From NCBI GenBank assembly GCA_947085205.1, contig CAMTVO010000058.1, forward strand, positions 1-47,328: a stretch of DNA of 47,328 nt, written 5' to 3'. A program made the translations under genes and the position numbers. Shown here piece after piece: positions 21,195 through 30,262 of this stretch (within the stretch, counting starts at the first letter, position 1; the number at the start of each line of letters is the position of its first letter). The notes under the pieces were generated by a model that was given only the letters and a program-made list of their open reading frames with translations, made no database searches and was not told where the DNA came from. Source of the DNA: an uncultured Nitrospiraceae bacterium. Its GTDB lineage: Bacteria; Nitrospirota; Thermodesulfovibrionia; Thermodesulfovibrionales; Dissulfurispiraceae.

Positions 21195-21863
21195 TTACAC
21201 CATACCGATCAAGCCCAGAAACAATCTTATTAAAGGCATTATTATATAACTTGCCATACCTGTTGCGACAAGTACGAGAACTATAATCATTCCGAACGGC
21301 TCTATTTTTCCAAGGGCTGCCGCCTGTTTGTGAGGGAGAACTCCCATGAGAACCCTGCCGCCGTCCAATGGCGGAATTGGTATCAGATTAAAAGATGCAA
21401 GTATCACATTGATGCTCACGCTTGCTGTAAGCATTGCTACCAGAGGCTTCAAGACTTTAGCCACCACATCACCAGGTACAAAGGCTGATGCAGGGATTAC
21501 TGCATATTTCAGAACCAATACACTAAAAATGGCCAGCAATATATTCGTTGCAGGGCCTCCTGCTGCAGATATTGCCATGTCCCGCTTGGGATTTTTGAAA
21601 TTATAAGGATTGATAGGGACAGGCTTTGCATAGCCGAATACAAACTGGCCGCTGGTAAGTATAAACAACAATAGCGGCATTACTATTGTTCCAAAAACGT
21701 CGATATGCGCAATGGGATTGAGAGTAAGCCTGCCTAGCATTTTAGCAGTCGGGTCTCCCAGCTTGTTTGCCACAAAGCCGTGCGCAACCTCATGCAGTAT
21801 TATAGCGATGAGGATTGGCAATGCAGTGATGGCTATCTGCCTTATGATGAGCGCTGGTTCCAT
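21195..21863 (-). CDS. Site-2 protease family (M50) membrane metalloprotease
   Basis: HEVAH, AGGPATN, FNLIPIPPLDGGR. Confidence 0.93.
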   Translation of the reverse strand: MEPALIIRQIAITALPILIAIILHEVAHGFVANKLGDPTAKMLGRLTLNPIAHIDVFGTIVMPLLLFILTSGQFVFGYAKPVPINPYNFKNPKRDMAISAAGGPATNILLAIFSVLVLKYAVIPASAFVPGDVVAKVLKPLVAMLTASVSINVILASFNLIPIPPLDGGRVLMGVLPHKQAAALGKIEPFGMIIVLVLVATGMASYIIMPLIRLFLGLIGMV

Positions 21864-21928
21864 AACAAATTATTATGTCAGATTGGGTTGCTAAAAATAA
21901 AGTTTGCGAATCATTTCTCCGCAAGAAG

Positions 21929-22462
21929 TCACTTAAGCCACTTTTCAATAAGCTCTATAGCTTCAGGACTGTCCCATGTCATCCGACCGATTATCTTCTC
22001 TCTTACGATGCCTTCTCTGTCAATAATATAGGTTTCAGGTACCCCTCTGACCCCATAGTTTCTCGCAACCTTTACGTCGTCATCAAGAAGCACAGGCATG
22101 GTATAGCCATTTTCCCTCATATACGCCATAGCCTTTTCTGGTGCGTCTCTGTAAGCTATGGTGAGCATTTGGAAGGACTTGCCCTGCATCTTCTCATAAA
22201 GCCTCTGCATAGTAGGCTTTTCCTTTTTGCATTCATCGCACCATGAGGCCCAGAAGTTTATAAATACAACCTTCCCTTTCAACTCCGAGAAACGCCATAT
22301 CATGGATGAATCCTTTCTGTTAGTATCTAATTCCGGCAACTCAAAGTCAGGCGCTTTAAGACCAACTGCAACGACAGCCCTCTGTCCCTTCTCTTCCTTT
22401 GGTATAAAGAAAAGGACTAATCCCGCAACAATAAGCATCAAGATTATTACTATCTGTTTCAT
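21929..22462 (-). CDS. TlpA/ResA-like membrane-anchored thiol-disulfide oxidoreductase
   Basis: N-terminal TM, APDF, NFWASWCDEC, GVPETY. Confidence 0.92.
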   Translation of the reverse strand: MKQIVIILMLIVAGLVLFFIPKEEKGQRAVVAVGLKAPDFELPELDTNRKDSSMIWRFSELKGKVVFINFWASWCDECKKEKPTMQRLYEKMQGKSFQMLTIAYRDAPEKAMAYMRENGYTMPVLLDDDVKVARNYGVRGVPETYIIDREGIVREKIIGRMTWDSPEAIELIEKWLK

Positions 22463-23085
22463 TTAAGTATACTCCTCAGAATCGTCATAACATTTTCCCT
22501 GAAGGCATCAATATTGTGATTAAACGCATGGGGATTGGTCATAATGTTACCGGCAATGATTAATGTGGGGGTTTCATCAACGCCGTACGCACGAGCCATA
22601 TCCAGCGCCTTCTGAGCATCTTTAGCCTTATCCCCTGCCCTGAGTCTTTTGCTAAAATCAACGCCAAGCCCTATCTTTTGTCCTATCTCTTCAAGCGCTT
22701 TTATATCGCCTATGTTCTTTCTTTCAACAAAGTGGGCATGGAAAAGGGCTTCCTTCATCTTTTCTCCTTTGCCGGCCTCCTCTGCAAGAAAATACGCCTC
22801 TCCTGGTTTTGGAGAACCCTTTCCCCAGTAAATTGGGCTGGTCTTCCATTTAATCTTTTTTGGGAAGCTTCCTTTGATAACAGGGATTGACTTTCCAAAG
22901 GAATAACAAGCGTCACAGTAGAAGCTTAAAAATTCTATTACCTCAACTGTTTTACCGTCAAATTTAAATTGATGCCCCGGTAATTGGGCATAGATACCTT
23001 TGATAGAAGTCTCTGACCCTACTCTTAATGGTGAAAACGCTACGGCCAATACCATTAACACCAAAAACATTTTTTTAAAGCTCAT
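22459..23085 (-). CDS. DsbA-like periplasmic thioredoxin-fold protein
   Basis: Signal peptide from MSFKK (GGAG upstream), EFLSFYCDAC, GVDETPT cis-Pro loop. Confidence 0.8.
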   Translation of the reverse strand: MSFKKMFLVLMVLAVAFSPLRVGSETSIKGIYAQLPGHQFKFDGKTVEVIEFLSFYCDACYSFGKSIPVIKGSFPKKIKWKTSPIYWGKGSPKPGEAYFLAEEAGKGEKMKEALFHAHFVERKNIGDIKALEEIGQKIGLGVDFSKRLRAGDKAKDAQKALDMARAYGVDETPTLIIAGNIMTNPHAFNHNIDAFRENVMTILRSILK

Positions 23086-23214
23086 CCCAGTCCTCCTTTG
23101 TTTTCCAATAGTATTGTCAAAACTTTTTAAGCAAAAATACTTAAAAACCTTAATTGTCAATGCATTGTTTATATTTTGCCTGCCCCCTCTGCCTGTAATT
23201 CCCCATTCTTTAAT

Positions 23215-23286
23215 CTGGATTCTCTGGTCAAGCCAGAGAATGACAGGAAAGAAGATGTCATTCCACGATTAAATCGGGGAATCCAG
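23215..23286. repeat. Inverted pair of 31-bp REP-like palindromes (GTCATTC...GAATCCAG type)
   Basis: CTGGATTCTCTGGTCAAGCCAGAGAATGACA (23215-23245) and TGTCATTCCACGATTAAATCGGGGAATCCAG (23256-23286). Confidence 0.8.
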
Positions 23287-23359
23287 TTCCTTATTATGGT
23301 TTATTCTTCTCATATATTCACCCTCTTTTTTCATAAAACTTTTGACATTATCCTTCCAA

Positions 23360-24589
23360 TTATTTGTGTTTGATCTTCTCCAGATAAACTGGATAATTAA
23401 AATCAGGACTTGCGCTCTTTGCATGGCATTTTAGGCAGACAGATTCCGCCACAGGCTGCATCGGCTTCGACAAATCTAAAAGGTGATCTCTGCCAGGTCC
23501 GTGACACGCCTCACACTGAACATTTGTCAGCATTGGCGTTATTTTAGCGCTGTAAAAACCTCCTTTCTCACCAAAGCCGACAGTATGACACTTTATACAC
23601 TCAGGGTCTCCGGACTTGCCAGCCCGCTCAAGCGAGGAAAAGGCGCCGGCATGTCTTGTCTTCTTCCAGCTTTCCACAAAGGGCTGGTGACACTCTCCAC
23701 ATTTAGAAACACCAAGGTAATGGGTATCTGCCGGCGGTTTGTAGTCATCTTTTAAAAGTTTTGCAACTCCGGCATCGTACTCCTTTAATGCCTTTCGGAC
23801 ATTTATATCTTCTTTTATATCTTTGCCAAGCGCCTGCCACTTGTGTTTAAATCCTAAAATCTCTCCACCGCTATCAATCTGTAGCGTCAGGATACCCAAT
23901 CTCTCTCCTTTTGGATAACCACTTACAATAATCGTTCCATTTATACTGAGAGGCTCTTCAAGGATTTCTCCTGATGAGAGCATGATGATATTCCATACTT
24001 TCACGGGTTTAATCTCAGAAACATGCCCTCTGGATTCCCCGATTAAATCGGGGAATGACAAGGGGGTAGGCTGGTCTGTAAGAAGGATATTCAATTTGCC
24101 CTTTTGATAATTCATCGGGTTTACGCTAACATTGACATGAAAAGTATTATGCGTTATAGAGATAGATTGTCTATATTGAGGCATATCAGAGATAACAGGA
24201 ATTTTATATTTCTTCAAAACCCGGGAAAAGAAGCTGTAAGGGAATTCCTTCTCCATTTTTAAAAAAGCTACTGCATCATATTTCATTATGCTAAAAGCCT
24301 TCAGCATTGCCTCGGCCTTGAGCCTCCCCTGAGGGGTATCCTTATCGAGAAAATTCCCGGCATCAATGAGAATATAAGGAGAAAGCGTCTTTCGATGTTC
24401 AGTAAGGTAACCTGCTCGCCTTGCAACACCTCCAAAATCACTTTTTGGAGAGCAACCGCATGGTTCAAGCTCGCCATTCACGCCGCCTGTATAGACAATA
24501 TTGAGTGTTCTTGTTTGTCCATAAGTGACACTTGGGAATAATATGATTAACGGCATTAGGACATATAAAACAAAAGATCTCATATTCAT
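23360..24589 (-). CDS. Exported protein: UshA/5'-nucleotidase-like N-domain with CGC motif fused to a tetraheme (c554-like) cytochrome domain
   Basis: Signal peptide; GELEPCGC, GGVARRA, LIDAGNF; four CxxCH motifs (CGECH, CIKCH, CEACH, CLKCH). Confidence 0.75.
   Translation of the reverse strand: MNMRSFVLYVLMPLIILFPSVTYGQTRTLNIVYTGGVNGELEPCGCSPKSDFGGVARRAGYLTEHRKTLSPYILIDAGNFLDKDTPQGRLKAEAMLKAFSIMKYDAVAFLKMEKEFPYSFFSRVLKKYKIPVISDMPQYRQSISITHNTFHVNVSVNPMNYQKGKLNILLTDQPTPLSFPDLIGESRGHVSEIKPVKVWNIIMLSSGEILEEPLSINGTIIVSGYPKGERLGILTLQIDSGGEILGFKHKWQALGKDIKEDINVRKALKEYDAGVAKLLKDDYKPPADTHYLGVSKCGECHQPFVESWKKTRHAGAFSSLERAGKSGDPECIKCHTVGFGEKGGFYSAKITPMLTNVQCEACHGPGRDHLLDLSKPMQPVAESVCLKCHAKSASPDFNYPVYLEKIKHK
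24030..24060. repeat. REP-like palindrome in-frame within the cytochrome gene
   Basis: CTGGATTCCCCGATTAAATCGGGGAATGACA with perfect 11-bp arms; encodes LSFPDLIGES. Confidence 0.8.
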
Positions 24590-24702
24590 TAACTCCTGGT
24601 TTCCCCCGTTAGAAGTCTTTAATTCCTATACAGGTTTTATACCATGAACTTAACAATCCAAAATACATAAGAACTAAACTGCAGTTAAAAATTGATTAAC
24701 GG

Positions 24703-24978
24703 CTATGCCTGTGGCGGTTTATTGATTGGAAAAAACACTTTTAGATAAACAATAATAGTTGTCTGATATTTGAACGGAATTCCTAAAAGGAAGATTTTAT
24801 AACTGTCAGAATCAAATCCTTCAATGGCATTGAAGCAGATGGAGCAAAAGTGATCATTATCATCAAGTCCTTTCCCCTGTAGCGGTGTTGTGCAGTCATC
24901 GCAAGCTATGCTGTCAATCGAAGGTGCACAGATAAAGACTAAAAGTGCGAATAGTACAAGCAACCTTTTTATTGGCAT
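24703..24978 (-). CDS. Small protein with hydrophobic N-terminus, two CxxC motifs and a C-terminal KPP (DUF2946-like leader peptide candidate)
   Basis: MPIKRLLVLFALLVF, CDDC, HFCSIC, ends PINKPPQA; the ATG lies 5 nt after a -10 box. Confidence 0.55.
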   Translation of the reverse strand: MPIKRLLVLFALLVFICAPSIDSIACDDCTTPLQGKGLDDNDHFCSICFNAIEGFDSDSYKIFLLGIPFKYQTTIIVYLKVFFPINKPPQA

Positions 24979-24983
24979 AGTTA

Positions 24984-25012
24984 ATACTATCAATTGTTTA
25001 GTTTTAAGTCAA
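24984..25012 (-). promoter_or_regulatory. Sigma70-like promoter for a leaderless transcript
   Basis: TTGACT-N17-TAGTAT-N5-ATG. Confidence 0.55.
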
Positions 25013-25041
25013 TGTATTGTATAAGTTCACTACATATGGAT

Positions 25042-25098
25042 GAAACTAAAGAAACTAAAGGGGACTAAAGAAACTAAAGGGGACGGTTCTCTTTAGTT
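25042..25098. repeat. Tandem GAAACTAAAG(GGGAC) units ending in copy 2 of the 24-bp repeat
   Basis: GAAACTAAA GAAACTAAAGGGGACTAAA GAAACTAAAGGGGACGGTTCTCTTTAGTT. Confidence 0.75.
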
Positions 25099-25115
25099 TT
25101 CCAATACAAAGCCGT

Positions 25116-25560
25116 ACAAAGCCGGGGACACTGCTAAAGAACCAGATACCGATAAGGATATATTCAGAGTGGGATGAGCAGAGGCCTGGTTTTGTAGAGA
25201 TAGATCTTGTGGGGCATGACGGAGGGGATGGAAAGGGAGAATTTATCCAGACACTGAATGTTACAGATGTATGTACGAGTTGGACAGAGACACAGGCAGT
25301 CAGGAACAAGGCACAGGTATGGGTATTTGAAGCCTTGCAAGGGATAATAGAGCGGTTACCGTTTGAGATAAAGGGGATAGATTCAGACAATGGTTCTGAA
25401 TTCATCAATATGTTTTAGAGGGAGAGAAAGGACAATTGAAAAAGCTTTATGCGAGACTCAACCCTGCGGAACTAAAGAGGCAGATAACAAGACTTCAGAA
25501 CAAGTTATTGAGACTTGCATCACTGAAAGAAGCTCTAAGAAAACAGAAGAATTCATTATT
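25116..25560 (+). pseudogene. Remnant of a DDE integrase-core transposase with an internal deletion
   Basis: TKPGTLLKNQIP...PGFVEIDLVGHDGG...GIDSDNGSEFIN, then a stop and a C-terminal-like piece LYARLNPAELKRQI; no N-terminus. Confidence 0.8.
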
Positions 25561-25716
25561 CAGTAAAATTAAGAAGTTACACTGTAAAAATAGTTCTTAT
25601 ATCGTCTTTAGGGATCAGAAGAAATTGAACCTGTTCTCGTAATACTCTCGTCTGTCAATCAGGCCATTATGATTCGGAACAATCTCCTGTAGCAATAAAA
25701 GTGCTACAATTCATAT

Positions 25717-26442
25717 ATGCCTGAACTGAGAATCGGCTGCAGCGGGTTTAATTACTGGCACTGGAGGGGAAACTTTTATCCTGAAGATTTGCCGCAAAGG
25801 AAGTGGTTTGAGCATTACTGCACAACCTTTGATACTGTGGAATTAAATGTCACGTTTTACAGACTACCTCTTCAGAAAACATTCGAAAAGTGGTACAAGG
25901 AAACGCCTCCTGATTTTGTTTTCTCATTAAAAGGAAATCGTTTTATCACCCTTTTAAAAAGACTTATAGACCCTGAGCAGCCTTTGGAATTATTTTTTGA
26001 AAGGGCATTACGGTTAAAAGAGAAGCTAAAGGTTGTTTTGTGGCAGTTCTCTCCGGGATTTAAGATTGACATTGAAAGATTGGATCACTTCCTTAAATTA
26101 CTTAAACAATATCCTGTAAGGAATACCCTCGAATTTAGGCACAAAAGCTGGATAACTGACGATGTTATCAATTTATGCAGAGAAGATGATGTCAGCCTCT
26201 GCATGGCAGACTGGCCAGAGTTCATCGATGATCTCCCTGTTACATCTGATTTCGTCTACATAAGAAGGCACGGCGAAGGAGGAAGTTATGCAACATTCTA
26301 TTCAAAGTCAGAACTTAAAAGAGATGCGAAGCGAATAAAGGGTTATTTAAAAGAAGGGAAAAATGTCTTTATCTATTTCAATAACGACTATAACGGCTAT
26401 GCGCCTAAGAATGCAAGGGAATTGATGGAGATGCTGAAATGA
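25717..26442 (+). CDS. DUF72 family protein
   Basis: IGCSGFNY..W...FYP, VELNVTFYRLP, LEFRHKSW, YIRRHG, YFNND. Confidence 0.92.
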   Translation: MPELRIGCSGFNYWHWRGNFYPEDLPQRKWFEHYCTTFDTVELNVTFYRLPLQKTFEKWYKETPPDFVFSLKGNRFITLLKRLIDPEQPLELFFERALRLKEKLKVVLWQFSPGFKIDIERLDHFLKLLKQYPVRNTLEFRHKSWITDDVINLCREDDVSLCMADWPEFIDDLPVTSDFVYIRRHGEGGSYATFYSKSELKRDAKRIKGYLKEGKNVFIYFNNDYNGYAPKNARELMEMLK

Positions 26443-28169
26443 AAAATCAGGAGATCGCAAAAATATTCAATGAAATCGCAGATCTCCTTGAGATAAAGGG
26501 AGAGAATCCTTTCCGCATAAGGGCATACAGAAGGGCTGCGCAGAATATTGAAGGGATGCCGAAAAGCGTTGAGGACATTTCAAAAGATGAACTATTGAAA
26601 ATACCAGGAATCGGTCAGGACTTAGCCGGAAAGATTGAGGAGTATTTAAAGACAGAAAAGATGCAAGTCCATAAAGAGCTAAAGCATGAAATACCCGAAG
26701 GTCTCTTAACCCTTCTTTCTGTGCCGGGTCTTGGGCCGAAGACATCGAAATTGCTTTATGAGAAATTAAAAGTCAAGGGTATTGACGACCTTGAAAGGCT
26801 TGCTTCAGAGCATAAACTGGCAGGGCTTCCGGGAATTAAAGAAAAGACAGAAGAGAATATCTTAAAGGGAATAGAGATGTTGAAAAGAGGCAAGGAGCGC
26901 CGGCCCCTCGGAAGGGTTCTTCCAATAGCCAATGACATCCTTGAACATCTTAAGAAGAAATCGCCTGTAGCAAAAATAGACCTTGCAGGGAGTTTGAGGA
27001 GATGGAAGGATACCATAAAGGATATTGATATCCTTGCAGCATCCGACAATCCGAAAGAAGTTATGCGTGTTTTTGTGCATCTCCCCCATGTAAAAGAGGT
27101 CTTGATGCATGGACCTACAAAATCAAGTGTAATAATCCATGAAGACCTTCAGGTGGATTTAAGGGTTGTGGAAAAGGAATCCTACGGCGCAGCGCTGGCG
27201 TATTTTACAGGGAGCAAGGCTCACAATATAAGGCTCAGAGAGATGGCCATGAAGAAAGGGCTTAAGATCAATGAATACGGGATATTTCGTGAAAAGGACA
27301 ATAAAAAAGTGGGCGGAGAGAAGGAAGAAGATGTGTACAGGATTTTAGGGCTTCCTTACATACCTCCTGAATTGAGGGAAGACCAGGGGGAGATCGAGGC
27401 GGCACTGGAGGGAAGGCTTCCAGAAATTATTACATTAGAGGATATTAAGGGCGACCTCCATGTGCACTCAAAATGGAGCGACGGAAGCCACACATTTGAA
27501 CAGCTCGTGGATGCAGCCAGGGATTATGGGTATTCATATATTGCCATAACAGACCATTCCAAAGGACTTGGTATTGCACACGGATTAACCGGCGAAAGGC
27601 TTCTGGAGCAGAAAAAAGAGATAGATGCCATAAATAAAAAGCTCAAAGGCTTTAGGATTATACATGGTGTTGAGGTGGATATAAGGAGCGATGGTAGTTT
27701 AGATATATCCGATGATGTGCTTAAAGATCTCGATATTGTTGTTGCCTCTATACATTCAGGATTTAAGCAGCAAAAAAAACAATTAACATACCGCTTAGTA
27801 GCTGCAATGAAAAACCCGTATGTAAGCATAATAGCGCATCCCACAGGAAGGCTCATAGGACAAAGGGATGCTTATGATGTGGATATGGACGAAATACTCA
27901 AAGTTGCTAAAAAGACAGGCACTGCCATTGAGATAAATGCCTATCCTTTAAGACTTGATATCAACGATACCTATGCCAAAAGGGCAAAGGAAATGGGAAT
28001 ACCAATCGTTATAGCCACAGATACCCATGTGACCAATCAATACGACTACATGCTGTATGGTGTATCCATTGCCAGAAGGGGATGGCTTGAAAAGGATGAT
28101 GTTCTTAATACGCTCGATGCGGAAAGACTTTTGAAACGGCTGAAGCCGGGCAAGGGCGAAAAGACGTAG
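26439..28169 (+). CDS. polX: DNA polymerase X with PHP domain
   Basis: ENPFRIRAYRRAA, AGSLRRWK, DIDIL, YFTGSKAHN, DLHVHSKWSDG, TDH. Confidence 0.96.
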   Translation: MKNQEIAKIFNEIADLLEIKGENPFRIRAYRRAAQNIEGMPKSVEDISKDELLKIPGIGQDLAGKIEEYLKTEKMQVHKELKHEIPEGLLTLLSVPGLGPKTSKLLYEKLKVKGIDDLERLASEHKLAGLPGIKEKTEENILKGIEMLKRGKERRPLGRVLPIANDILEHLKKKSPVAKIDLAGSLRRWKDTIKDIDILAASDNPKEVMRVFVHLPHVKEVLMHGPTKSSVIIHEDLQVDLRVVEKESYGAALAYFTGSKAHNIRLREMAMKKGLKINEYGIFREKDNKKVGGEKEEDVYRILGLPYIPPELREDQGEIEAALEGRLPEIITLEDIKGDLHVHSKWSDGSHTFEQLVDAARDYGYSYIAITDHSKGLGIAHGLTGERLLEQKKEIDAINKKLKGFRIIHGVEVDIRSDGSLDISDDVLKDLDIVVASIHSGFKQQKKQLTYRLVAAMKNPYVSIIAHPTGRLIGQRDAYDVDMDEILKVAKKTGTAIEINAYPLRLDINDTYAKRAKEMGIPIVIATDTHVTNQYDYMLYGVSIARRGWLEKDDVLNTLDAERLLKRLKPGKGEKT

Positions 28170-28189
28170 AACCATGCATCCGCTATTTT

Positions 28190-30007
28190 CTACATTGAAA
28201 TCCTCGTAATGACCCCGTGGAGCTTATTCGGCGGGAGCTTGTAAAACTGGACATATGCCGGGGTCAATTTTTTTATCATTGAGAACAGCTTCCAGATAAT
28301 ATTCTTGGTAAATATATCTTCAAGACCATAAAAGATGACCTTCTCATCGATTCCCGCCTCTTTCAATATTTCCTCTACATCCGCCGGTTCCATGTATCCC
28401 ATTTGAATTTCGAAATGCCGCAAACCGGCGGCAATCTCTCTCTTGAAAAAGCCGGTAACACCGAAGGGATCATCACGTCTGACTATCGATACAATGATAT
28501 TGTCCTCGTAAATAATGCCGTTGTTGAACATGCTGGTGCCGATATAGGGCGGGATTTTTTGTATATCCCGCGCAAAAAAGAGTGCGGTGCCTCCTATTTT
28601 GCGCAGATTCTTGTATGCCTGATTGTACTTTTCAAGAAAGACTTCCAGATTCATTGATTGTAGCGACCGGCACAACTTTTTTTGTCCCGATGTATACAGC
28701 ATAATTATGCCGAGCGGGATGAGCGCTATAATAATCGACCAGTAGCCGCCATGAGGTATTTTGTGCATGTTCGACAAGAGATATGCTATATCGGCAAGGG
28801 TTACCAGTAAGGAAATGCCTGCCTTCACCGGCTTGTTTTTCAAATAAAATATCCATGTCATCATAATGCCTGTAAGGGTCATTGTCCCCGTAACAGCAAG
28901 ACCATATGCGGCTGCCAAACGGCTTGATTCCCTGAATTCGAACATTATGAAAAGCACCGATATAAGTAAAAACCAGTTAACAAAACCGATGTATATCTGC
29001 GACCTCAGTTCGGTAGAGGTGTAATCCACTTTGAAAAGAGGCATTATATGCGTTGTGATCGCCTGATAAAATATCGAGAACATGCCGCTGATCATAGCCT
29101 GCGATGCTATAACGGTAGCGATAATGCTGAGGATTAGGAAAGGGACATAAAGAATCCTCGCTTCATGAAATATCATCTCGAAAAGTATATTCTTTGCATC
29201 GGGATGTTGAATCAGAAATGCCCCCTGTCCGAAATAATTAATGACGAGGGCAAAGAATACAAAATACCATGCCCTGATAATCGGCTTGCGTCCCAGATGC
29301 CCCATATCGGCATAGAGCGCCTCGCCGCCTGTCGCGCAGAGAATGACTTCGGAAAGCACAAAAAAGCCGGCAATGCCGTTTTCCGCAAAAAACTTGATTG
29401 CATAGTAGGGGTTTACGGCTTTTATTACCGAAGGAACATGAAGTATAGAGTAAAGCCCCGATATGGTAAGCGATAAGAACCATAAGACCGTGAGAGGTCC
29501 AAATGCGCCGGCCACTTTTTCGGTTCCTTTTCTTTGAAAAGAAAAGAGGATGATTGCAATAACCCCCGCTATAACGATGAGTATTTCCTGCTCTGTCTTC
29601 TCGAATCCGGGGATCAGGAGAATTCCTTCCACGGCGCTGAGTATGCTTATAGCCGGCGTGATAACGCCGTCGCCTACAAGCAGGGAAATTCCGACAAAAG
29701 AGATCAGTGTAATAAATGCCGTTTGCCTCGTGGTCTTGAGCATGGGAACGAGAAGTTCCTTAAGCACTATGGTGCCGCCCTCTCCTTTTTTCCCGAGACT
29801 CATTGCAAGCCATGCGTATTCAACGGTAACAAGCACTATCAATGTCCAGAAAATAAGGGAGAGGACACCGATTATATTGATTAACGTAGGTTTGGTAAGC
29901 AGAAAAATTACGGTAAGGGTATAGATAGGGCTTGTCCCGATATCTCCGAAAACAAGGCCGAGGGATCGGACAACTCCTTTTACCGGCGAGCCGTTGTCGC
30001 GCAGCAT
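28190..30007 (-). CDS. kup: KUP/HAK/KT potassium transporter
   Basis: LGLVFGDIGTSPIYT, GDGVITPAISILSAVEG, TGGEALYADMGH, AYGLAVTGTM; true start at 30007 after GGAGG. Confidence 0.96.
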   Translation of the reverse strand: MLRDNGSPVKGVVRSLGLVFGDIGTSPIYTLTVIFLLTKPTLINIIGVLSLIFWTLIVLVTVEYAWLAMSLGKKGEGGTIVLKELLVPMLKTTRQTAFITLISFVGISLLVGDGVITPAISILSAVEGILLIPGFEKTEQEILIVIAGVIAIILFSFQRKGTEKVAGAFGPLTVLWFLSLTISGLYSILHVPSVIKAVNPYYAIKFFAENGIAGFFVLSEVILCATGGEALYADMGHLGRKPIIRAWYFVFFALVINYFGQGAFLIQHPDAKNILFEMIFHEARILYVPFLILSIIATVIASQAMISGMFSIFYQAITTHIMPLFKVDYTSTELRSQIYIGFVNWFLLISVLFIMFEFRESSRLAAAYGLAVTGTMTLTGIMMTWIFYLKNKPVKAGISLLVTLADIAYLLSNMHKIPHGGYWSIIIALIPLGIIMLYTSGQKKLCRSLQSMNLEVFLEKYNQAYKNLRKIGGTALFFARDIQKIPPYIGTSMFNNGIIYEDNIIVSIVRRDDPFGVTGFFKREIAAGLRHFEIQMGYMEPADVEEILKEAGIDEKVIFYGLEDIFTKNIIWKLFSMIKKLTPAYVQFYKLPPNKLHGVITRISM

Positions 30008-30033
30008 ATTTTTCCTCCTGATGGGGCAAGAGG

Positions 30034-30065
30034 AAAAAATAAAAAAACCGCCGGGCGGCGGTTTT
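30034..30065 (-). terminator. Intrinsic terminator (riboswitch expression platform)
   Basis: Minus strand AAAACCGCCGCCCGGCGGTTTTTTTATTTTTT between the aptamer and the kup RBS. Confidence 0.85.
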
Positions 30066-30089
30066 AAATTTCTAAACCCTTTGCCCTTC

Positions 30090-30205
30090 CACATGCCTAC
30101 GAGGTTAGCTGACGGGCTCGGGAATGGAAGTTCCCTATCCATAAAGGAATACGCCCCAAAATTTGGGTCCCCCGCATCCATTCTTTGAATGGATCTCGGC
30201 TGCTA
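30090..30205 (-). ncRNA. c-di-AMP (ydaO/yuaA) riboswitch
   Basis: Minus strand GCCGAGATCC...GCGGGGGACCCAAATTTTGGGGCGTATTCC...GGATAGGG...CCCGAGCCCGTCAGCTAACCTCGTAGGC matches the ydaO consensus; upstream of a K+ transporter. Confidence 0.92.
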
Positions 30206-30262
30206 TTTGACTTTAATATACTCCCATGCTAATTAATTGTCAATAAACGACAACATAAACGA

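Noticed and set aside
21875..22246. 123-aa plus-strand ORF
   Set aside because: Antisense to the well-supported TlpA gene.
23086..23160. N-terminal extension of the DsbA-like ORF
   Set aside because: An RBS and signal peptide support the start at 23085.
30008..30181. 58-aa N-terminal extension of Kup in the ORF track
   Set aside because: It runs through the riboswitch and terminator; a GGAGG RBS supports the start at 30007.
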